From Candidatus Bathyarchaeota archaeon (GTDB taxonomy: Archaea; Thermoproteota; Bathyarchaeia; 40CM-2-53-6), in contig VBAW01000017.1 in the NCBI GenBank assembly GCA_005888635.1, positions 4,537-68,536 of the forward strand: a DNA stretch of 64,000 nt. Direction: 5' to 3'. The first letter of the stretch is position 1, and every line of letters starts with the position of its first letter. Below are positions 8,821-16,104 of the stretch, piece by piece. Position numbers and translations under genes: made by a program. The notes under the pieces are model-generated. The model had not been told where the DNA came from, made no database searches, and worked only from the letters and a program-made list of their open reading frames with translations.

Positions 8821-9873
8821 ATGAACCGCCTCAACATCGCAGTCATAGGCGCGGGCTACTGGGGAAAGAAGGTCATAGCCCAGATTCTTGACATAGCCCG
8901 GACTGGAGAAGAGATCAACCTCTATTCTGTAGCTGACAGTTCCCCGATTGCACTCGAACAGTGCAGAAAAGAATTCGGCCCCCTAAACTATCGCTTAGAC
9001 TATCGCGAACTACTCTCAGACCCCAAAGTGTCTGCAGTCCATCTATGCTCCCCGAACCAGACCCATTTTGAAATAGCCTCCGAATTTCTCAGAGAGGGAA
9101 AACACGTTCTGGTCGAGAAACCGCTAGCTATGAAATCCAGAGAGGGCTATGAATTGGTTAGACTCGCCAAAGAACATGGCAGTGTCCTCTGCACCGGCCA
9201 CGTCCACAGATTCAACAACGGCATCAGAGGACTACGACGACTAATGGATAGTGGAGTTCTGGGCGACATCTACTACCTCCGCCTCAAATGGACAGGCTTC
9301 ATGGCCATCCAGAATAACAGAGAAGTAATCACCGACCTGGGACCACACCCCTTCGACATCTGCAACAACCTCCTCGAAACATGGCCCAAGAAGATCTCCT
9401 GCAAAGGGAGAGGCTACAGGTCAAGTGCGGGATACGAAATGGCATCCATCTACTCCGAACACCCAGGCGGATATGACGCTGGCATCGAACTAAGCTGGCT
9501 GGACATGGAGAAACATCGAGACGTGACTGTAGTCGGCAGCGACGGCACTGCGGAGCTAGACTGCATCGAACAGAGACTGGTTTTACACCGGAAGGGAGCG
9601 GTGGAACGCGTAATGGTCGTCCCCAACAACACCCTCCGAGAAGAGATTCTCCACTTTGCCAGATGCATCGAGTACAACTCGTCTGCTGAACACTATCCCA
9701 ACCGGGCTGACGGAACACTTGGAGCCAACGTCGTCAGAGTCCTCGAGACGACGAAAAAGTCTCTTGAGGAGGAACGCACGATCCAAGTTGAAATTCCTCG
9801 CGGCGAACCTATACCAGCTAGTGAACCGATGCCTGGACTACACGCGGAGCCGCCGAGTATGGGGAGCCTCTGA
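8821..9873 (+). CDS. Gfo/Idh/MocA family NAD(P)-dependent oxidoreductase
   Basis: Has the Rossmann motif NIAVIGAGYWGKK and the EKPLA motif. The listed ORF starts at GTG 8809, but the ATG at 8821 fits the TATA spacing better. Confidence 0.85.
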   Translation: MNRLNIAVIGAGYWGKKVIAQILDIARTGEEINLYSVADSSPIALEQCRKEFGPLNYRLDYRELLSDPKVSAVHLCSPNQTHFEIASEFLREGKHVLVEKPLAMKSREGYELVRLAKEHGSVLCTGHVHRFNNGIRGLRRLMDSGVLGDIYYLRLKWTGFMAIQNNREVITDLGPHPFDICNNLLETWPKKISCKGRGYRSSAGYEMASIYSEHPGGYDAGIELSWLDMEKHRDVTVVGSDGTAELDCIEQRLVLHRKGAVERVMVVPNNTLREEILHFARCIEYNSSAEHYPNRADGTLGANVVRVLETTKKSLEEERTIQVEIPRGEPIPASEPMPGLHAEPPSMGSL

Positions 9874-9986
9874 ACGAACCAGCAAAATAACGATAAGGGT
9901 TGAGGAACTCATGACAGGGGTTATGGCGTGCGTTAGAATCACCCGATGAAAAACATGCGCACAGTCTAACCCGGGCAACAATCCAA

Positions 9987-10181
9987 ATGTGTGACAAATG
10001 CCATCGCTTCTTCGTAATTAGTTACGAGAAGAATGAGAAAGGAGAAGTTGTGGAGATCGGGCACGAACTCGATATTCGAGTCAAATCATCCGGCATCGTC
10101 CGGCTCGATGAAGGCGAACATCCGAGAGGTTCTGAACGAACTCCTCCGGTGAGGAAATATGAAGAAGAGACTTGTTGGTAA
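9987..10181 (+). CDS. Hypothetical small protein
   Basis: 64-aa ORF with an N-terminal CxxC. No other support. Confidence 0.2.
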   Translation: MCDKCHRFFVISYEKNEKGEVVEIGHELDIRVKSSGIVRLDEGEHPRGSERTPPVRKYEEETCW

Positions 10182-10326
10182 TCATTGAAATTCTCTCGCT
10201 ATACTAGTTTTAGAAACGCCGACTAAGATCCTCATAAACGTCTTGCGCGCGGACTATCGTCGCTGGCTTTGTAGAAAAAATGGGCTTCGCGGAAAAAGGG
10301 GCGAAGCCTTGTGGAACTGGATTGGA

Positions 10327-10935
10327 CTATCGCTGTGTGGCTATAGGAGATACTGGTGCAGGCATCGTGATTCGGAACTCGTTGGGACCCACGATCTGCG
10401 CGAATACTTGGTGCTCGCTCAGTCCAATGTCGACCTGAGTGTTAACCAAGTCCTTGAGAAGGGCTTTCACTGCTTCGCTGTAGAACAGCGATGCCTTTCG
10501 GCCGAAACCGTGGTTCAGTATTACAGTTGTCAGGTGGCCATCGTTGGTATATTCGAAACGGAACGCTTTGCCGTATCTGGGACCGAGTAGCTCTAGGGCT
10601 CGCACTGATGTTTCAAGGTCTACCCTCTTGAAGAGGAAGGCTATCAGGTCCTTGGCCAGGTTCTTTCCGAACCAACTGCCAAGCTCTTTGGCCTGTTCGT
10701 CAGTTGTATAGCCTACCAGCTTCTCGAAAATGTCCGAGGGCAGGGTGACGAAGCCCAGGCGGTCGGCAAAGACGTCCCACTCGACGAATTTCCGTAGGGC
10801 TTGGTTTGCGAAATAGTTGACGCTTACACGCTGTTCATGTGCTAATTTTTCGAGCTGGAAGTCGATGTCCTCGTCGATTCGGATAGTTCTAGTGACGCTC
10901 TTTGTCTTATTCTTGAACTGATAGCTTCTCAACAT
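10327..10935 (-). CDS. RHH-domain protein with a conserved ~130-aa C-terminal domain (paralogue of 14260..14841)
   Basis: 202 aa with an N-terminal RHH-like segment, RTIRIDEDIDFQLEKLAHEQRVSVNYFANQALRKFVEW. By eye it aligns over its full length with the 193-aa ORF at 14260..14841, for example ILNHGFGRKASLFYSEAVKAL versus ILRHSMGLSASAYYGASFKAL. Confidence 0.6.
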   Translation of the reverse strand: MLRSYQFKNKTKSVTRTIRIDEDIDFQLEKLAHEQRVSVNYFANQALRKFVEWDVFADRLGFVTLPSDIFEKLVGYTTDEQAKELGSWFGKNLAKDLIAFLFKRVDLETSVRALELLGPRYGKAFRFEYTNDGHLTTVILNHGFGRKASLFYSEAVKALLKDLVNTQVDIGLSEHQVFAQIVGPNEFRITMPAPVSPIATQR

Positions 10936-11409
10936 GGTTATAGAAGACTGCGTCGGCGTAGAATATATGCATAACTCATCCTTTGTGTTCGGACTGAAGA
11001 CACATATACTCTATTGTATTTGAATCGGCGGCGTCCCTTCGCATGTGTTCTAATTGACCCTGTTTCTGTTCCGTCGTACATTTGACGACTATTGTATTCC
11101 GATATATCACAATGTGATAGAAGCGAACCAAACTTAACCTTCCATTACGAGTTATAATCAATGTCGGGTCTTTGTATCCCAAACAAGCCCAAGTCGAGCC
11201 ATTTGAGATGGGACCGCTTACCGTTGGAGCAACCGGGCTACAAGTACTGATAAAAGAGGGCTAACTGAGGACAATAGCTTCAGTACTGGGAGGTCTTTCA
11301 GCTTTAGGACGATCGTTACGTGGAATGGTTTTGAGGGAACCGGAGCCGTCTTTTGGACACCTGCTAAGGCTTAACACTCTGGGACGATATAGCCGTCTTC
11401 GGCTCAAGC

Positions 11410-11781
11410 ATGGTTTCTATTATTCACGCTCCGCCTCAGGAGATCGTAGTCACCGGCCTCACGAGCTTCAATTCTCAGCAGAACCTCGCCTCTATGATTG
11501 CCTTCGTCATGAACGTCTCTGGCCAGGCCATGGCACTATACTGGGCGGAAGGGGTCGTATTCTTAGCTGATTTTGTCGAGCCGGAGGCTCTGCCTGATGA
11601 ATATGTCAAGGGAAAGATCTATGCCTCCAACGTCTCGCACGCTCCAATGGCCAAGTACAGCAACCTCATCCGGGTGGGAAACATGGAAGTACCCGTCATC
11701 GACGTCTCATCAAACATTGCTCTGCGAGACTTGGCTCAGTGGATACGTGAGAATCACCAGTCCGCGTCCGACAAATCTTAA
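11410..11781 (+). CDS. Hypothetical protein
   Basis: 123-aa ORF with an ATG start. A GATATAG box sits about 25 nt upstream, which suggests a leaderless transcript. No recognisable domain. Confidence 0.45.
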   Translation: MVSIIHAPPQEIVVTGLTSFNSQQNLASMIAFVMNVSGQAMALYWAEGVVFLADFVEPEALPDEYVKGKIYASNVSHAPMAKYSNLIRVGNMEVPVIDVSSNIALRDLAQWIRENHQSASDKS

Positions 11782-11810
11782 CTAATCACTCAAGCCCGGA
11801 TGGCCTCGGT

Positions 11811-12003
11811 CCCGGGGTAGCTCAGCCTGGAAGAGCTTCCGGCTGTAGTCCTGCACTCAACGTGCGGGTCAGCCAGCCGACCAGGCGTACAGATACCGGA
11901 GTGGAGAAGGTTCCACGGATTGTCGCCGGAGAATCGGACGTAACCGGTTCGGCGAGTTCAAAGTAGAGGTTTTCCCTCTATGGAACTCCGGCCCCCGGGA
12001 CCA
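11811..12003 (+). tRNA. tRNA-Tyr (anticodon GUA) with up to four inferred introns and an encoded CCA
   Basis: Has a C1-G72 acceptor pair (CCCGGGG/CCCCGGG) and discriminator A73, which are archaeal tRNA-Tyr identity features. Exon 1 is 11811-11848 and ends in the loop CTGTAG (anticodon 11845-11847). A 46-nt canonical intron lies at 11849-11894, followed by A38 and CCGGA. Further inferred introns are 11902-11920 (variable loop), 11930-11956 (53/54) and 11963-11986 (59/60). Removing them gives GCCGG TTCAAAT CCGGC, whose loop and 3' strand match the M. jannaschii tRNA-Tyr T-arm as I recall it. Confidence 0.85.
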
Positions 12004-12051
12004 GCTCCCCTACACCGGAAAAATCACAGATGGACCTAGAATCTCAGGCCA

Positions 12052-12435
12052 CTATTTCGACTTGACAGTCGTGGGTCGTGACTCGAGCTCGCGGAGGATG
12101 AGCTCGTTCTGCTTCATCATGATATTGTTCTGGTCCGTGAGGATTCGCAACGCGCTCGCGATTAGCGAGAGAGATGGGTTATCCCATCTGAACTCATTCT
12201 CTTTGACGGCAAGCGCTTGCTTTCCCTTGATAATCGACCCTCGCAAATTCTCATCGCTAGAGTCATCTGCAAAGGCGACACGCTGTCTCCGGTCCACCTT
12301 GTCCGACATGCTCGCGGCGGCGTGCTCCCGTTTGACGTCTGGATAACAATCTTCGCAGAACCTTTGACCTTTGAGTTCAAGGAGAGGGTCTATGAGGCTG
12401 AGAGTCTTTCCGCATCTCGAACAGAAATCTGCCAA
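12052..12435 (-). CDS. Hypothetical protein with an N-terminal zinc ribbon
   Basis: 127 aa. It has CSRCG ... CEDC at the N-terminus and a coiled-coil-like C-terminus. An antisense ORF at 12217..12699 competes with it. Confidence 0.45.
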   Translation of the reverse strand: MADFCSRCGKTLSLIDPLLELKGQRFCEDCYPDVKREHAAASMSDKVDRRQRVAFADDSSDENLRGSIIKGKQALAVKENEFRWDNPSLSLIASALRILTDQNNIMMKQNELILRELESRPTTVKSK

Positions 12436-12543
12436 ATTTGTTCTGTTAGCTCCGTTAACGGTTTGAGTCTTGGAGCGCTATTAAAGAGTCTTGTAACCAA
12501 CAGCCGAATGGCGACCCTGCGAATCGAAGACGGGAAGTCTGTC

Positions 12544-12789
12544 TTAGTGTCTAAGCCTGGCGACAGGCGAGACGAGGGTCCTGGAATTGCGGGATTCTCC
12601 CCCGTAGATCGGGGGTTGAAGCAGGTTGGAGTCATTCTCTCCAATGGGCTGTCCGTTCGAGTTCTGCTTTATCCAATCAGGCACGACAACCGCTCTTAGG
12701 AGCTGTTGTACAGTCACGTCCCGGTTCTTCGCCTCGTTCGATAGAACATCGTAAGCGTTCTCCCCGATTGACATTATGAACTTGGCCAT
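12544..12789 (-). CDS. Small RHH-like protein
   Basis: 81 aa. KFIMSIGENAYDVLSNEAKNRDVTVQQLLRAVV has a strand-helix-helix pattern. It is the third gene of a tightly packed small-ORF operon. Confidence 0.4.
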   Translation of the reverse strand: MAKFIMSIGENAYDVLSNEAKNRDVTVQQLLRAVVVPDWIKQNSNGQPIGENDSNLLQPPIYGGESRNSRTLVSPVARLRH

Positions 12790-12797
12790 TGTTGGTA

Positions 12798-13025
12798 TCA
12801 GTCTCCTAGTTGTCCGGGTTCTCGCCGACGAGGACTCTGTTCTAGAGCCAGAGTTCGGGAAGGGTCTGTTTGGCCCGCCTCAACTTGCACGACCATTGAG
12901 TAGTCGACACCAATCCATTTCAGATATTCTACCATGGCTTTGAACTCGGTCAGGATATCTTCGCTGGCGTCGACCGTCGTCTCACCGGTCATTCTGAGGA
13001 ACGCTTTCCATTTACGGTTCTCCAT
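12798..13025 (-). CDS. Hypothetical small protein
   Basis: 75 aa. It starts 2 nt after the stop of the upstream ORF and ends 8 nt before the next ORF, which is operon-like packing. Confidence 0.35.
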   Translation of the reverse strand: MENRKWKAFLRMTGETTVDASEDILTEFKAMVEYLKWIGVDYSMVVQVEAGQTDPSRTLALEQSPRRREPGQLGD

Positions 13026-13027
13026 AC

Positions 13028-13306
13028 TCAGGCCCTCCTAGATGCTGCCTCTTCGGGACTGTCCTGGCCGTCCACCTTTCCTTCGACCTTGAAGTAGACT
13101 TCTCGGCCCTTCATCCACTCTCGGTGAGTTCCTGCATTCTCTATGTCTGTGTAGACTCCGTCGAGCCAGACCCTCACATTCAGGCTTGCGGATGAGGATA
13201 TCAGCTCTGCAAGGAGACCCTTCAACTGGTCGTCGGTTATAGTATCTTGCGGGACGGTCTGACTCGGCGTTTCGGGCGGATATCCCACGTCAGCTGTTTC
13301 TTCCAA
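13028..13306 (-). CDS. Hypothetical small acidic protein
   Basis: 92 aa with a TTG start. It is the first gene of the small-ORF operon, and A/T-rich boxes (ATTATATC, CTATATC) lie just upstream on the minus strand. Confidence 0.35.
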   Translation of the reverse strand: MEETADVGYPPETPSQTVPQDTITDDQLKGLLAELISSSASLNVRVWLDGVYTDIENAGTHREWMKGREVYFKVEGKVDGQDSPEEAASRRA

Positions 13307-13406
13307 TGCGCTTCAGATATAGACACTCACCGATTTGATATAATCCCAACGTTTACACTCAATAGCACAAGCATGCCGGAGATAGCCAATCCTCAAACTT
13401 CAATCA

Positions 13407-13429
13407 AATGTGTTCGAGTCTAACACATT
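13407..13429. repeat. Perfect 8-bp inverted repeat with a 7-nt spacer in a non-coding gap
   Basis: AATGTGTT CGAGTCT AACACATT, read directly from the sequence, about 100 bp upstream of the small-ORF operon. Confidence 0.5.
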
Positions 13430-13721
13430 GTAGACACTGGCTTATTATCATCCAGTGCCCTGTATCCGTCGAAAATTCCAAGGGTTGCTTCTTGCGTAAA
13501 TTCATGGGTAGCGTTCGACGAGAAAGTGTTTAGAGAAACTCGACAAGGATGTGAAAAGCCGCAACATAAGCCTCCAAGCATTTCTTAGAGCAGGAGTCAT
13601 TCTCGAATGGATCCGAAACGGAAACGGAGCGATTACCTATCGTCCAACTATGCGTGAAACCTAGTCACAGCAAAACTGGTTTCAGACACTACTCTGAACA
13701 GGGAAGTAACTATTCGTCTGT

Positions 13722-14150
13722 CTAGCCTTTGAGGCCCCAACCCGCTTTGAAAGAAGGAATGACTTTGATGAAAGGGGCCTCACCTTCCTTCCAGGGAGCT
13801 CGCTTGACCCAGGTCAGCTTCGAATAGAACAGTCTGTAGAGACGCCGATACTCCTCTCCCTTCTCTATAATCTCCACTGGTCCACTGATCAATAGGAGCT
13901 TCTGAGTTCCGCCAGAATCAACGAGAACCGCCGCGTGGGGATTCTCCCTGAGATTCTTCAGTTTACGGGTCCCATAGTCAGTAACAATAAACGCGTAGTC
14001 CTGGTCCCAGACATATGAGACTGGAACAACATGAGGCTCGCCCTTTCGTGATGCTGTCGCAAATCTGCACAGCTCATTGCTCTTCAGGAAATCAATTTCT
14101 TTCGCGGACAACTTTACCTCGTGGGGGCCGTTGTTCGGTTTTTTTGGCAA
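13722..14150 (-). CDS. Pyridoxamine 5'-phosphate oxidase (PPOX) family flavin/F420-binding protein
   Basis: 142 aa with CRFATASRKGEPHVVPVSYVWD ... NLRENPHAAVLVD, typical of split-barrel PPOX-like proteins. Confidence 0.75.
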   Translation of the reverse strand: MPKKPNNGPHEVKLSAKEIDFLKSNELCRFATASRKGEPHVVPVSYVWDQDYAFIVTDYGTRKLKNLRENPHAAVLVDSGGTQKLLLISGPVEIIEKGEEYRRLYRLFYSKLTWVKRAPWKEGEAPFIKVIPSFKAGWGLKG

Positions 14151-14259
14151 GGTTTACGTCCGCAGACAGGTTCTATTATTTGAGTACGTCGGAAAGCATG
14201 CGGCCTTCAGGGGAGAGAAACAAGGGCTGCCTTTCAATCCTATGATTCGACCGGTCTCT

Positions 14260-14841
14260 CTATGACTGCTTGGTCAGTTGCTCTTTGAGGGTCTTTGGAG
14301 CTACCGTCTTCAGCGTGCTAGCGCTACTGATTTTACATGTCATTTGATCTTCGCTCTCCTCCAATTCGCATTTCACTCCGAGGCGGTCACAGAGTGCTTT
14401 GAAAGAGGCACCGTAGTATGCTGATGCGCTAAGTCCCATGCTGTGCCTTAGGATTATGGTGCGACTCTCCTTATCCCCGAACTCTGAATAGACATAGGCG
14501 TTTGCGTATTCTGCGCCTATCACCTCGAAGGTTTTGAGAACAGAGTCTAGGTCGAACTTGCGGAAGTAATAGAGGATAAACTCGACGACCGTATCTTTCC
14601 CATTCTTGGTGCCCATCTCTCTCGCCTCTCCAACGGTGACATGCGACCAGAGCGTTTTCATTAGTCGAGGATCGCTGGTGACCAGTTTGAAGCTGTCGAC
14701 GTATCTTCCCCATTCTATGTATCGTCGTATTGCTCTGTTGACGAGCACGTTGACCTCCAGATTATGACCGCCTACCATCTTGTCTATTTTCTCGCTGACG
14801 TCGGGGTCGATGGTGAAGGTCCTGCGCGTACGTCTTTCCAA
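14260..14841 (-). CDS. RHH-domain protein, paralogue of 10327..10935
   Basis: 193 aa with the N-terminal segment RTFTIDPDVSEKIDKMV...EVNVLVNRAIRRYIEW. The same C-terminal domain is conserved in the paralogue. Confidence 0.6.
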   Translation of the reverse strand: MERRTRRTFTIDPDVSEKIDKMVGGHNLEVNVLVNRAIRRYIEWGRYVDSFKLVTSDPRLMKTLWSHVTVGEAREMGTKNGKDTVVEFILYYFRKFDLDSVLKTFEVIGAEYANAYVYSEFGDKESRTIILRHSMGLSASAYYGASFKALCDRLGVKCELEESEDQMTCKISSASTLKTVAPKTLKEQLTKQS

Positions 14842-15318
14842 AAGCGTTTCTGAATAGACCGACTGGACTGCTCGTTATAGGACTTGCTCAGTTCAGCGAG
14901 AATCATGTGAACGCTGATATGGACTATCAGCATTTCCATAACATGTACAATACAAACAGGAAACGAGATAATCGCGGCAACATCTATAACGAAAAACGCG
15001 CTGTCATAGGGTAATGCACGATAATTCCCCAAAACAAACGTGGCATTGTGGGAGTGCATACCGCGACCCTAAAGCTAACTTAATAGCTGCATTGCTGGCA
15101 TGGGCCCCTAGAGAGTCGCGATCACTGCCGTTGCCGACCGCTGGCTGCCGCGGATGAACGCTATCAAGCGACCACGTTACAGGTAGACTGCAAACTTCGC
15201 TGCTCCGACGCCAAAACGAATCTCGGACCATTCAACTCGCCAGAGCAAATGGTGTCAGTGGGCAAATGGGGGCCCTTCGGCCCTTAGGATGATAACCGGA
15301 GAATGGGCAGAATATTTG

Positions 15319-15576
15319 TTACTCTGGCCTGATGCTTTCGCCCGTCACAGTGTCGATCATGGTCAACGGGTCTGAGTCGCGCAGATACTTGTCAATGTAC
15401 TGATTTGCTTCTACGATGTCTGGAGCAACGAAGACGACCACGGCATCGTATCCACCTGTTCCAAAGATCACCTTCTCGGTCGTACATCCTAGCCATCGTT
15501 GCGGCAACTTTTGAAGCCGCTGCTTTGCTCCTTCCACCCTACCGGATATCTTCAGCAAAGCCACAAAGCTAGGCAT
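15319..15576 (-). CDS. Stand-alone Lrp/AsnC ligand-binding (RAM) domain protein
   Basis: MPSFVALLKISG ... GGYDAVVVFVAPDIVEANQYI ... TMIDTVTG follows the RAM-domain pattern. The longest ORF extends to 15588. Confidence 0.5.
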   Translation of the reverse strand: MPSFVALLKISGRVEGAKQRLQKLPQRWLGCTTEKVIFGTGGYDAVVVFVAPDIVEANQYIDKYLRDSDPLTMIDTVTGESIRPE

Positions 15577-16104
15577 CCTTTGTCTCAAATATCGTTCATC
15601 TGACGATTGAAAATATTAGTGTTTTGATTCACCTGTAATCGTTTTGATATAGAATTGGTCGAGTGCGGTTTGGGAAATAATAGTCCAGGTCCTGAATCTC
15701 GACCCTTCAAGAACCGTTCTGCGGTTTGAACGGCTCCCTTTAGCCGGAAAGACTCGACCTACGACCGCCATCGTATCCTCTGCAAGAAGATCGATGAAAA
15801 GCTCTGCATCGGCGACGCCAGCGACCCCGAGGCTCATGTCGATCGGGATTCCTAGCAGAAAATCTAAAAAACTCGTTGGACTAGACTAGTTCACGTTTTC
15901 TGACAGTCTGGGAAATCTTGCTGACATTATGTGGCGACAAAGCAGAGAAGCCAACATCCGCGAACGATGATGACCGGAACCGCGCTCGATGGATCTCTTC
16001 GTTCAGCGAAATCACGCGTAAATACTCTGGCAAATCGGATCCAGTTATCCTCTCTTGACTTCCTATTCACGTTGCATTTGTCTTGAATATGGCCTCGTGG
16101 GTCC

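Noticed and set aside
10200-16100. The region was considered as an integrated virus or plasmid at tRNA-Tyr.
   Set aside because: I could recognise no integrase, replication or capsid-like gene, and I found no direct repeat of the tRNA 3' end by eye. It is kept only as a low-confidence possibility under findings.
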